In this document: one piece after another, positions 27,666 through 36,205 of the stretch | How the letters are laid out: every line of letters starts with the position of its first letter | How positions within the stretch are numbered: the stretch's first letter is position 1 | Assembly (NCBI GenBank): GCA_031441465.1 | Contig: JANOEP010000010.1 | Coordinates: 32,001 to 96,000 of the forward strand | Direction of reading: 5' to 3' | From: a bacterium | Lineage (GTDB): Bacteria > Krumholzibacteriota > Krumholzibacteriia > LZORAL124-64-63 | DNA length: 64,000 nucleotides | Made by a program: the position numbers and the translations under genes | Notes under the pieces: generated by a model | The model's database searches: none | Told to the model about the DNA's origin: nothing | What the model saw: the letters and a program-made list of their open reading frames with translations, nothing else

Positions 27666-28328
27666 ATGAACAAACTACACTCGATCTTGTGTTGCTGTGC
27701 CGTCGTCACCGTCCTGGCCGGCGGCGCCCAGGCCCAGAACGGGACCTGCCTCAACAACCTCGTCACCAACGGCGACTACACCGCCGGGCTGGTCTACGGG
27801 TCGATGCCGTCAGCGTCCGTGACCGGCTGGTCGCTGCTGACCCAATCCCCGCAGGTCACCGACGACGGCTGCAACGACCTCGGTTCGATCCAGATGTGGG
27901 GCAACCTGGTCGTCGGCGAGTCGGTCAAGCAGAACCTGCCCGGTGTCGGCATCGAGGCCGGCAAGCAGTACCGGGTCACGGTCTGCTACCGCTGGCTCGA
28001 CACCGGCAACACGATCATCCCCGCGTACGTGCGGTTCCGGTTGACGGTCGCCGGCGCCACGCCGACCACTTACCCGCCCACTTCCGGCTACGACCTGATC
28101 GGCTCCACGCCGAACACGTCGTCGGCCAACTGGACGACCTACACGTTCCCGATCTGGACGGCGCCGAACAATGCTTCCTGGCTCACCATCAATCCGGAGA
28201 ACGACGAGTCGCTGAACCACGGCGACCACGTCTCCTGGGGTCGCATCGACAACGTCTGCATCGAGCTCGTGGATCCCGTCGCGTCCGAGAATGCGGACTG
28301 GGGCACGATCAAGGGCACCTACCGGTAG
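27666..28328 (+). CDS. Secreted beta-rich (CBM/jelly-roll-like) protein with C-terminal WGxxKxxYR motif
   Basis: RBS AAGGAG; signal peptide ending AQA; NLVTNGDY start of the mature domain; ends PVASENADWGTIKGTYR. Confidence 0.75.
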   Translation: MNKLHSILCCCAVVTVLAGGAQAQNGTCLNNLVTNGDYTAGLVYGSMPSASVTGWSLLTQSPQVTDDGCNDLGSIQMWGNLVVGESVKQNLPGVGIEAGKQYRVTVCYRWLDTGNTIIPAYVRFRLTVAGATPTTYPPTSGYDLIGSTPNTSSANWTTYTFPIWTAPNNASWLTINPENDESLNHGDHVSWGRIDNVCIELVDPVASENADWGTIKGTYR

Positions 28329-28346
28329 ATCCCGTGCCGGTCTGTG

Positions 28347-28378
28347 CGGCCGCCTTCCCCGGGGGAGGCGGCCGTTTT
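28347..28378 (+). terminator. Intrinsic terminator
   Basis: CGGCCGCCT...AGGCGGCCG stem followed by TTTT. Confidence 0.75.
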
Positions 28379-28498
28379 CGTGCTCGCCGGTCTCATGCGT
28401 GATCGTTCCCGCCCCGCCGCCTGCGGAAACCTCTTGCCCCCTGAGGTGTTCACGGCCATCATCCGCTCAGGACGACCAGCCACGGAGGACTGCCGCCC

Positions 28499-29179
28499 AT
28501 GCACCTGCCCACGTCGCGCGCGGCGCCGTCATGCCGCTTATCCCGATGCCTCCTGACCCGGCGCATCCCGTTCGCGCTCCTGATCATCCTGCTGTCGGCC
28601 GGCTCCCTGGCGGCGGCGACCGATGGCTGCTACGTCGTGCGCGACGGCGATTCGCTGGGCCGGATCGCGACGCGCTGCGGCACCTCGGTGGCCGAGATCA
28701 GCCGCCACAACGATCTTTCCGGCGACATCGTCCACGTCGGCCAGATCCTGCGGATCACCGCCCCCTTCCAGCAGATTCACCCGGACAAGATTTCTTGGCG
28801 CCACCCGTACGAAGGCCGGCTCGGGCGCGTCCTGCGTTCCTTCGGCGCCCAGGCGGGTGCGATCGTGGCGCGCCGTACCGGCACCGACATCGCGTACCCC
28901 GCCGGGGGAGCGGTCCTGGCCCCCGCCAACGGACTCGTGCGCTACGTGGGTGAGCAGGCCGGGTACGGCACCCTGGCCATCATCGACCACGGCGGCGGCT
29001 TCACGACGGTCTTCGCGCCCCTGGATCCCGCAGGGCTCGAGATCGAGACGGGCCGGATCGTCCTGAAGGGGGAGTCCCTGGGACGTTGCGGCTCGCCGGT
29101 CGAGGGCCGGGAGCCCTACCTGCACGTCGAGTTGAGGGTCAAGAGCGAGGCGGTCGACCCGTCGCGCCTGCTGCGCTGA
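28499..29179 (+). CDS. LysM + degenerate M23 (LytM) protein, NlpD-like (start uncertain)
   Basis: LysM YVVRDGDSLGRIA...IVHVGQILRI; M23 fold GTDI...VLAPANG...GYGTLAIIDHGGG...LHVELR...VDP. Confidence 0.8.
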   Translation: MHLPTSRAAPSCRLSRCLLTRRIPFALLIILLSAGSLAAATDGCYVVRDGDSLGRIATRCGTSVAEISRHNDLSGDIVHVGQILRITAPFQQIHPDKISWRHPYEGRLGRVLRSFGAQAGAIVARRTGTDIAYPAGGAVLAPANGLVRYVGEQAGYGTLAIIDHGGGFTTVFAPLDPAGLEIETGRIVLKGESLGRCGSPVEGREPYLHVELRVKSEAVDPSRLLR

Positions 29180-29220
29180 CCTGGAGTCCCAACCCACGAC
29201 GGCCGGATCGGAGACCTCCC

Positions 29221-29745
29221 GTGGACCTCAGCAACGTCATCCGCGCCGTGCCCGACTTCCCCAAGCCGGGCATCCTGTTCCGCGACATCACGCCGGTCCT
29301 GAACGATCCTGCGGCCTTTCGCGCCGCGCTGGACGGGATGGCCGCCCTGGTGCGCGACGTGCCCAGCGACCGCCTGGCCGCTTTGGAATCCCGCGGCTTC
29401 CTCTTCGCCGCGCCTCTGGCCCGGCAGTGGGGGAAGGGCCTGGTCGCGATGCGCAAACCCGGCAAGCTGCCCGCAGACACGATCTCCGAGTGCTACGCGC
29501 TGGAATACGGCACCGCCACCCTGGAGGTCCACCGCGACGCGATCCAGCCGGGCGAGCGCGTGCTGATCGTCGACGATCTGCTGGCGACCGGCGGCACCGC
29601 CGCGGCGGCCGCCGCGCTGGTGCGGCGTTTGGGCGGCGCTGTGGCTGGTCACCTGTTCCTGGTCGAACTGGAGGGGCTGGGCGGTCGCGCGCGGTTGGCC
29701 GGCGATCAGGTGTTTTCGCTTGTCAAATTTCCGGAGCACGGCTAG
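29221..29745 (+). CDS. apt: Adenine phosphoribosyltransferase
   Basis: PDFPKPGILFRDITP, ESRGF, RKPGKLP, YALEYG, VDDLLATGGT. Confidence 0.97.
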   Translation: MDLSNVIRAVPDFPKPGILFRDITPVLNDPAAFRAALDGMAALVRDVPSDRLAALESRGFLFAAPLARQWGKGLVAMRKPGKLPADTISECYALEYGTATLEVHRDAIQPGERVLIVDDLLATGGTAAAAAALVRRLGGAVAGHLFLVELEGLGGRARLAGDQVFSLVKFPEHG

Positions 29746-29840
29746 TTTGCCGTTTCCGGCCTTCACCGGTGCGATGGAACGGTCTCGCCCGCCCGGGACC
29801 GGTTCCAGATCAGATGCACTCGCCCTGGATCAGCCCGGGT

Positions 29841-29917
29841 GCCCCAGTAGCTCAGCTGGATAGAGCACCGGTTTCCTAAACCGGGGGTCGCAGGTTCGAG
29901 CCCTGTCTGGGGTACCA
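29841..29917 (+). tRNA. tRNA-Arg (CCT)
   Basis: Anticodon arm CCGGT-TTCCTAA-ACCGG, D-loop CTGGATA, encoded CCA. Confidence 0.95.
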
Positions 29918-29942
29918 ATCGCTCGGCGCTTCCTCGCGCGTC

Positions 29943-29972
29943 AGAAACCCCGGGACGTCTCGGGGTTTTTTT
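29943..29972 (+). terminator. Terminator, possibly bidirectional, between tRNA-Arg and the convergent PqqD-like gene
   Basis: AAACCCCG...CGGGGTTT followed by a T run. Confidence 0.7.
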
Positions 29973-30411
29973 ACCTGTTGATCCCCATCGCCGCCGCGGT
30001 CGGGTGCGGATCCCGCAGCCGCACGAAACCGTGCCTTTCCAGTTCCATCAGGAATAGCCAGACGCGCTCGCTCGCCTGATCGGCTTGATCCGGGTGCGCA
30101 GCCACGAACCCGCGCATGAGATCGGCGACGTTGCGGCGGCCATCCAGCTGTCGCCAGATCGTGCTGCCGAAAACCTCGAGACGCACCTCGACGTGCGCCC
30201 GCCGGGCCGGCAACCGCGCCTGGAGCCAGCGCGCCGCGGGCCCGCTGCGGAATCGGGGCACCAGCAGCACGAGCCTCGAGCCGTCGCCATCGGTGGCCGG
30301 ATCCTCGCGGGAGGCGACCAGTGGCTGCGGCACCAATTCCAGGATCCGGGCACCTTCGTCCCAGGATCGTCGCGCGCCGCCGCGCGCCCAGGTCCGGACC
30401 CGATCCCACAT
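29971..30411 (-). CDS. Stand-alone PqqD-family protein
   Basis: LLVPRF...VRLEVFGSTIWRQLDGRRNVADL...ERVWLFLMELERHGFV; GGAGG upstream. Confidence 0.75.
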   Translation of the reverse strand: MWDRVRTWARGGARRSWDEGARILELVPQPLVASREDPATDGDGSRLVLLVPRFRSGPAARWLQARLPARRAHVEVRLEVFGSTIWRQLDGRRNVADLMRGFVAAHPDQADQASERVWLFLMELERHGFVRLRDPHPTAAAMGINR

Positions 30412-30636
30412 GCGTTCCCGCCTCCGGTGTCATGCCATTTTCCACCGTCATCCACGCCGCCGCCGCGACGCTAACACCGCCGACGCCAACGGACAAGCTC
30501 GGTCGTCGGCAGGCGCCGCCTCAGCCGCGCACGATCCGTTCTGCGCTTTCCAACTTCTCGGCGATCCGTTACACTGCCGTTGTCGCCGATCATCGGCACG
30601 ACCCCGAACCGCCGCCGCGCAGAGGAAAGGACCGCC

Positions 30637-30990
30637 ATGAACGAGCCGACCGCCACGGAACGCTGGTGGGCCGCCTCCTGCTACGTCAGTGCTCTGGTCG
30701 TGCTGCCCATCCTGATGGTGGAGCACAAGGGGGAGTACCTGGCCCGGCACTGCCGCCAGGGATTCACCTTGCTCGCGGCCGAAGTCGTCCTGTTGTTGGT
30801 GCTCGGGATCATCGACGCCAGCCTCGGGCGCATCCCACTGCTCGGCATGCTGCTGTCCATCGTCCTGCACCTGGTCGGCCTGCTGACCTGCCTGGGCATC
30901 TCCGCGCTCGGATTCGCCCGCGCCCTGGCCGGCGAGTCCTGGAACCTGCCGTTCCTCGAGGACTTCGCCCAGCAGGTCCCGATCCACTGA
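30637..30990 (+). CDS. DUF4870-like small membrane protein
   Basis: AASCY...RHCRQGF...RALAGESWNLPFL; three TM segments; ATG after AAAGGA. Confidence 0.7.
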   Translation: MNEPTATERWWAASCYVSALVVLPILMVEHKGEYLARHCRQGFTLLAAEVVLLLVLGIIDASLGRIPLLGMLLSIVLHLVGLLTCLGISALGFARALAGESWNLPFLEDFAQQVPIH

Positions 30991-31061
30991 ATAGAAACCC
31001 ATTGCTACGAGGGGAGCGACGTCACGCTGAACCGGCGTCTCTCATAACGCCGACTTCATTG

Positions 31062-31089
31062 ATTGCGCATAATGTATATTATGTTAAGT
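31062..31089. other. dif: dif site (XerC/XerD chromosome dimer resolution site)
   Basis: ATTGCGCATAA-TGTATA-TTATGTTAAGT, 25/28 identical to E. coli dif; intergenic, AT-rich, at the switch in gene orientation. Confidence 0.92.
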
Positions 31090-31104
31090 CAGCACTTGGC
31101 GTGA

Positions 31105-32136
31105 TCAAGAAGCGCAGATCTCCAGGATCGCCCTCTCAAGGATCATCTCAGGCTCCAACGGACTGCTCTTCATGGCAGCCTCACAGCGATGGCAAGCCCG
31201 CAACGCCCGTTCCACCGTGGCGTCGCCCCACAGACGCGCCGTCTCGCCGGATTGGCGGGCGGCGAACGGCGTGATGCCCAACAGACCCGGCACCGATTTC
31301 TCCGGTTGCCCATCGGCATGCAACGCAGCCACCTGGACCACTTGCTTGATCCGCCAGATGAGCAACGGCGCCAGTTCGAACGCCGACCGTCCCTCGGACA
31401 GGAACCGGTGGAACGCCGCCAGTCCTTCGCGCTCGCGCCCAGGACCGAGCTGCTTGACCAGTTCGAAGGGATCAATCGCCCGCTGCTCCAGGATCACGGC
31501 CCTCAACGCCGCCTCGTCCAGACCGTCTTTCGCTTCACCGGCGATCAGGGCCAACTTGTCGAGTTCGCCGTCCAGGGCGTGCAGGTCGTCGCCGACGAGC
31601 TCGACCAGCATTTCGGCCAGATCCAGAGCCAGAGGCAGTTTCTTGTCCTTGGCGCGACGGACAGTCCAATCCACGAGATCACGCCCGCTCGGCGGCGCCA
31701 TTTCGTAAAAATACCCGGCGGTCTTGCAGGCCTTGACCCAGGATTTCCGGCCGTCCACCTTTTCGGACATCAGGACGAGGGTCGTGGCCGCGACCGGGTC
31801 GGCCAGGTAGCGCTGCAAGGCCAGTTCGGAGGCCGCGTCCCCGACCATCTGTTCGGCCCGCTTGACCCAGATCACCTGGCGGTCGCCGAACATCGGGTAG
31901 CTGCGGGCTTGCTGGAGGATACGGTCGCAACCCGCCTGGTCACCGTCGAATACGTGGGAATTGAAGGCGGAGCCCGAAGCGCCGAGCAGCTTGTTCACGA
32001 GGTACTCGACGACGCTCGCCGCACGGTGCGTGTCCTCGCCCGCCAGCAAGTAGACACACCGGAACGTGCCGGCCGCCAGTTCCCGGCGCAGGGCCGCGAA
32101 GTCGGGGCCGTCGCTGCGGCCGCCCCAATTCGCCAT
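31105..32136 (-). CDS. holA: DNA polymerase III delta subunit
   Basis: VYLLAGED, FNSHVFDG, SYPMFGDRQVIWVK, LVGDDLHALDGELDKL; downstream of lptE. Confidence 0.9.
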   Translation of the reverse strand: MANWGGRSDGPDFAALRRELAAGTFRCVYLLAGEDTHRAASVVEYLVNKLLGASGSAFNSHVFDGDQAGCDRILQQARSYPMFGDRQVIWVKRAEQMVGDAASELALQRYLADPVAATTLVLMSEKVDGRKSWVKACKTAGYFYEMAPPSGRDLVDWTVRRAKDKKLPLALDLAEMLVELVGDDLHALDGELDKLALIAGEAKDGLDEAALRAVILEQRAIDPFELVKQLGPGREREGLAAFHRFLSEGRSAFELAPLLIWRIKQVVQVAALHADGQPEKSVPGLLGITPFAARQSGETARLWGDATVERALRACHRCEAAMKSSPLEPEMILERAILEICAS

Positions 32137-32681
32137 CACCAGTCCTCCACGATCGAACCCAGAACCTCGCGCACGATCTCGGCCGCCGCCTCGCTGCGGG
32201 CCGTCAGCTCGCTGGTGGCGCCGTCGCCCAGGATGAAGTTGCCGCTGCCGTTGAGCCGCTTGCGGGTGAACACATTCTCGCCGCCGTCCAGGCGGCGCAT
32301 GGTCAACTCGACGGAGATCTGCACCTGGTATTCGTCGACCTGCATGTTGCCGCCGGTGGCCGAGGAAAAGGCTTCGCGGAGCTTGTAGCCGACCACACGG
32401 CCGGACAATTCGGTGCGGGCGGCTTCGGGGCCGACCACGCGCAGGGTGTTGTCGTCCTGCAGGGCGGTGATGATGGCCTCGGTCAGTTCGATCTCGATGT
32501 TGGGTTCGGCGGTGGCGTTCTCGAGGTACGGCACGTTGACCCAACGCAGGGAATCATCGACACGGCCGCTGCTCGTGGAATAAGCGCCGCAACCGCCCGC
32601 CAAGACAGACAGGGCCATCAGGCCCGCCCCAGCCAGGATCCCGGCGCCTCGACGTCGCAGATCACCATTCCGCAGGTTCAC
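32136..32681 (-). CDS. lptE: LPS assembly lipoprotein LptE family
   Basis: Lipobox LAGGC; VNVPYLENATAEPNIEIELTEA; ends in W; upstream of holA. Confidence 0.75.
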   Translation of the reverse strand: MNLRNGDLRRRGAGILAGAGLMALSVLAGGCGAYSTSSGRVDDSLRWVNVPYLENATAEPNIEIELTEAIITALQDDNTLRVVGPEAARTELSGRVVGYKLREAFSSATGGNMQVDEYQVQISVELTMRRLDGGENVFTRKRLNGSGNFILGDGATSELTARSEAAAEIVREVLGSIVEDW

Positions 32682-34083
32682 GTACTTCCTCGCTGATTTT
32701 GTACATCTTCAATCTATATCGCAACTTATCGCGATTCATACCCAGGAGTTCCGCCGCGCGGGTCTGGTTGCCGCCCGCCTGGGCCAGCGCCTGCCGCACG
32801 CAACGTTCCTCGGCCCGGGCGAGCGTCTCTTCGAGATGCAGACCCGCCGGGGGCAACGTCCCGCCCATCAGGGCCGTGAAGTCCTCGTCCGGGGGAGGCG
32901 ATCCACGCGGCGCGTCGGGCAGGTTGAGCTGGGCGGCGTCGAGGGCCTCCCCCTCCCCCAGCAGCACGGCGCGCTCGATGACGTTGCGCAGCTCGCGGAT
33001 GTTCCCCGGCCAGGCGTAGGCCAGCAGGGCGCCCGGAGCGTCCGGCGCCAGACCGGTCAGGCGCTTGTGGAACTGCAGCGCATAGATCCGCAGAAAATGA
33101 TCCGCGAGCGGCAGGATATCCTCGGGTCGCTCCCGCAACGACGGCACCCTCAGGGGGACCACCTTGAGCCGGTAGTAAAGGTCATCGCGGAACGTCCCGG
33201 CGCGCACCATGGCCGCCAAGTCGCGGTTCGTCGCGGAGATGAGGCGCACGTCCACCGTGATGTCCTTGAGCCCGCCCACCCGGCGAAAGACCTGGCGCTC
33301 GAGGACGCGCAGCAGTTTCACCTGCAGGGCCGGTGCCATCTCGCCGATTTCGTCCAGGAACACCGTGCCGTGGTGCGCGAGTTCCAGCAGCCCCTGCTTC
33401 TGCTGCACGGCGTCGGTGAAGGCGCCCTGCTCGTGACCGAACAGCTCGCTCTCGAGCAGCTTTTCGGGCAGGGCGGCGCAGTTGATCTCCAGGAACGCCT
33501 TGTCGCTGCGCTGGGAGCTGGCGTGGATCAGGTTGGCCAGCACGTCCTTGCCGACGCCGGACTCGCCCTCGATCAGGATCGAAGTCTTCTCCCCCTGCGC
33601 GATCTTGCGGACCGTGGCGTAGATTTCCTGCATCGCGGGGGCCACGCTCATCACCATCCCCGGCGTCCGGGCGAAACCCCGGTTCCGGCGTCGCAGGGCG
33701 GCGAGTTCGGCGGCGTCCCGCGTCGCCTCGAGGCCGCGCCGGATGGCCAGGTGCAGCTGCTCGATCTTGAAGGGCTTGCGGATCACGTCGAAGGCCCCGG
33801 CGCGCATGGCGTCGACCGCCGTCTCGAGGTCGACGTGGGCGCTCATGAGGATCACGCACATGCGCGGAAACTGGGCGCGGATCTCCCGCAGGACCTCCAG
33901 GCCGTGGCGGTCGGGCAGGACCAGATCCAGCAGGACCAGGTCGGGGATCAGCTCGTGGACGGCCGCCAGGGCCGTCTCGCCGTCGGCGGCCGTGCTGACG
34001 GTGTGGCCCTCGTGGGCGAGGGTCTGTCGCAGGAACTGCAGGATGGAGGCCTGGTCGTCGACCACGAGCAGCTGGGCGGACAT
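32662..34083 (-). CDS. Sigma-54-dependent response regulator (REC-AAA+-Fis HTH, NtrC family)
   Basis: LVVDD, LVLLDL, GESGVGKD, ESELFGHEQGAFTDA, LDEIGEM, FRDDLYYRL, WPGNIREL, GNQTRAAELLG. Confidence 0.95.
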   Translation of the reverse strand: MSAQLLVVDDQASILQFLRQTLAHEGHTVSTAADGETALAAVHELIPDLVLLDLVLPDRHGLEVLREIRAQFPRMCVILMSAHVDLETAVDAMRAGAFDVIRKPFKIEQLHLAIRRGLEATRDAAELAALRRRNRGFARTPGMVMSVAPAMQEIYATVRKIAQGEKTSILIEGESGVGKDVLANLIHASSQRSDKAFLEINCAALPEKLLESELFGHEQGAFTDAVQQKQGLLELAHHGTVFLDEIGEMAPALQVKLLRVLERQVFRRVGGLKDITVDVRLISATNRDLAAMVRAGTFRDDLYYRLKVVPLRVPSLRERPEDILPLADHFLRIYALQFHKRLTGLAPDAPGALLAYAWPGNIRELRNVIERAVLLGEGEALDAAQLNLPDAPRGSPPPDEDFTALMGGTLPPAGLHLEETLARAEERCVRQALAQAGGNQTRAAELLGMNRDKLRYRLKMYKISEEVREPAEW

Positions 34084-34182
34084 CTCACCTCCGGCGGAGT
34101 GCGGCGGACTTCGGCGCGATTATCGAGGGGCGGGGCGCTCCTGGCAAGACCGAGTTGTCGCGGCGGGAACGCAGGGGCACGC

Positions 34183-34965
34183 TCAGTGGGCGCCTTCGCC
34201 CTCGAGCAGGACCCGGAAGGTCATGGCCAGGATCCGCAGGTCGGTCCTCAGGCTGAGGCTGCTGATGTACTGGCGGTCGAGGGCGACCTTGCGGCGGACC
34301 GACTCGACGTCGGTGTCGTAGCCGTTGATCACCTGGGCGAGGCCGGTGATGCCGGGCAGCACGATCAGCCGGTCGTGGTAGCAGGGCACGTCGTTCTCCA
34401 GCTGGCGGATGAAGCAGAGGCGCTCGGGTCGCGGCCCGATGACGCTCATCTCGCCGCGCAGGACGTTGACGAACTGGGGGAACTCGTCCAGTCGGGACTT
34501 GCGCAGGATGCGGCCGATGCGGGTCACCCGGACGTCCTGCTTCGTGGCCCACTGCGGTCCCTGCGCCTCGGCGTCCTGCCGCATGGTGCGCAGCTTGTAG
34601 ATCCGGAAAGGGCGGCCGGGATAGACGACGCGGCGCCGCTCGGGGTAGGACGGGCACGGCGAGCGCCGTTGGCGGCGGTCGATGCCGATGCGGGACTGCA
34701 GGAAGAAGATCGGACCGCGGGAATCGAGCTTGATGGCCAGCGCGATCGCGGGCAGGAACGCCACGAACACCGCCAGGGCCCCGATCGCGAGTCCCACGTC
34801 GAGGCCGCGCTTGATCCCTTGGGCGTACGCCACCGCTCGCTCGGCGACGAGCTGGTCGTCGACGCCGTGCAACGGCTCGAGCAGACCGTCGCCGACCAGA
34901 GAGGTCCGCAGCGGTTGCCGGTCGTGCCGGGCTTCAGCCCGAAACGGATCGTTCTCGACTCTCAC
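34183..34965 (-). CDS. Polyprenyl-phosphate sugar (priming) transferase, Bac_transf family
   Basis: KRGLD, DSRGPIFF, FRIYKLRTM, DVRVTRIGRILRKSRLDEFPQ, GEMSVIGPRPE, PGITGLAQV. Confidence 0.93.
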   Translation of the reverse strand: MRVENDPFRAEARHDRQPLRTSLVGDGLLEPLHGVDDQLVAERAVAYAQGIKRGLDVGLAIGALAVFVAFLPAIALAIKLDSRGPIFFLQSRIGIDRRQRRSPCPSYPERRRVVYPGRPFRIYKLRTMRQDAEAQGPQWATKQDVRVTRIGRILRKSRLDEFPQFVNVLRGEMSVIGPRPERLCFIRQLENDVPCYHDRLIVLPGITGLAQVINGYDTDVESVRRKVALDRQYISSLSLRTDLRILAMTFRVLLEGEGAH

Positions 34966-35069
34966 GAGAGGAGCCTCGCTTCCCTACTGGTGACGCGCTG
35001 CCGACCCCGTGGCGGCGCCTGATGGCCGGACTCCGCGACGTCACACATCCCTCGGGCGAGGATGCACCG

Positions 35070-35098
35070 ATTATACAGGAATTGGCGCGGTCTTTCAA
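35070..35098 (-). promoter_or_regulatory. Sigma-70-type promoter for the sugar transferase gene
   Basis: TTGAAA-17 nt-TATAAT on the - strand. Confidence 0.6.
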
Positions 35099-35149
35099 GA
35101 TTATCGGTTGGTGCGGGAATTACTTGAGCGTGGAACCGGGGGAAGGACG

Positions 35150-35180
35150 AAGCCCGCATCTCATTGCGAGATGCGGGCTT
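35150..35180 (-). terminator. Hairpin after the polysaccharide export gene
   Basis: AAGCCCGCATCTC / GAGATGCGGGCTT perfect 13-bp stem. Confidence 0.65.
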
Positions 35181-35191
35181 CCGGGCCGGCG

Positions 35192-36172
35192 TCAGTTGAG
35201 GCGGGTCACCGCGAGCGACACGGCGGCCGCCGTCGAGATCGTGCCCAGGAGGATCGGGTAGATCGTCCGGAAAAAACCCGCCGCGTGCTGGGGCACCTGG
35301 ACCGTATCCCCGGGGTGCACCAAGGGGTTGCCCACGAGATCGCCCCGCTGCAGAAAGGAGACGAGGTCCACCGGTTGCGAGGTGTGGCGGCCCTGCTGGT
35401 CGGCATGGACCCACCAGACTTTCTTGAGGTCGCCGGTCTCGACCGGCGCGCCGGCGAGCATCAGCACGCTCAGCAGCCGCGTCGGTTCGTTGATGAGGTA
35501 CGTCCCGGGGGCGGCCACGCCGCCGAACACCTGGACGCCGCGCGCCGGCGCCACCAGCGCCGCCGCGTTGCCGGGCACGATGACGGTGTCGCCGGTCTTC
35601 AGGAAGACCGGGTCCGCGGGGCCGCTGCCGGTCAGGATGCCGCTGATGTCGTGGACCGCCGACATGGTCGCCCCCGTCCCTTCGGCCACCACGCGCACCT
35701 GCGTGAGGTTGGCGTCGGGAGCGGGCCCGCCCGCGGCACGCACCACGTCCCAGAGCGACGGTTCCGCTTCGAAGGTGTAACTGCCGGGGTTCGCAACCGA
35801 CCCCAGGATGTAGACGCGCAGGGCGTTGTACTGCATGACGGTCAGCGAAACGTCGGAGATCTCGCGGTTGAAGAGGCGCAGCTTCTCCAGCACGAGCTGC
35901 TCGGCTTCGCGGAGGGTCAGCCCCGACATCGACACTTCGCCGACCAACGGCACCACGGCGGTGCCGTCGGGACGGACGGTGAGGCTGCGGTCGAGCGTCG
36001 GCTGCTGCAGGACGTTCAACTGCACCACATCGCCGCTGCCGAGACGGTAGGCGGCGGGCGGCTGCGCCGGGATGGTCGGCGACGGCGCCGGGTCGGTGGG
36101 CGACTGCGCCGGCGCGACGGTCGCGGCGGCGAGCAGCAGCGCGGCGAGCAGGCAGACGGTGCGACGATTCAT
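35192..36172 (-). CDS. Polysaccharide export protein (Wza/Poly_export + SLBB)
   Basis: Signal peptide; YRLGSGD, VRPDG, VPLVGEV...GLT, VYILGSVANPGSY, repeated LxxGD motifs. Confidence 0.9.
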   Translation of the reverse strand: MNRRTVCLLAALLLAAATVAPAQSPTDPAPSPTIPAQPPAAYRLGSGDVVQLNVLQQPTLDRSLTVRPDGTAVVPLVGEVSMSGLTLREAEQLVLEKLRLFNREISDVSLTVMQYNALRVYILGSVANPGSYTFEAEPSLWDVVRAAGGPAPDANLTQVRVVAEGTGATMSAVHDISGILTGSGPADPVFLKTGDTVIVPGNAAALVAPARGVQVFGGVAAPGTYLINEPTRLLSVLMLAGAPVETGDLKKVWWVHADQQGRHTSQPVDLVSFLQRGDLVGNPLVHPGDTVQVPQHAAGFFRTIYPILLGTISTAAAVSLAVTRLN

Positions 36173-36205
36173 CGGTTCCCTCCGGAGCCAGCGTGGTCGG
36201 ACGTC

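Noticed and set aside
16357..28498. Intact integrative element or prophage at tRNA-Pro(CGG)
   Set aside because: No integrase, transposase or phage gene, and I could not find a duplicated tRNA 3' end (attR)
31021..31100. AT-rich near-palindrome read as a promoter or operator
   Set aside because: It lies between convergent genes and is fully explained by the dif site
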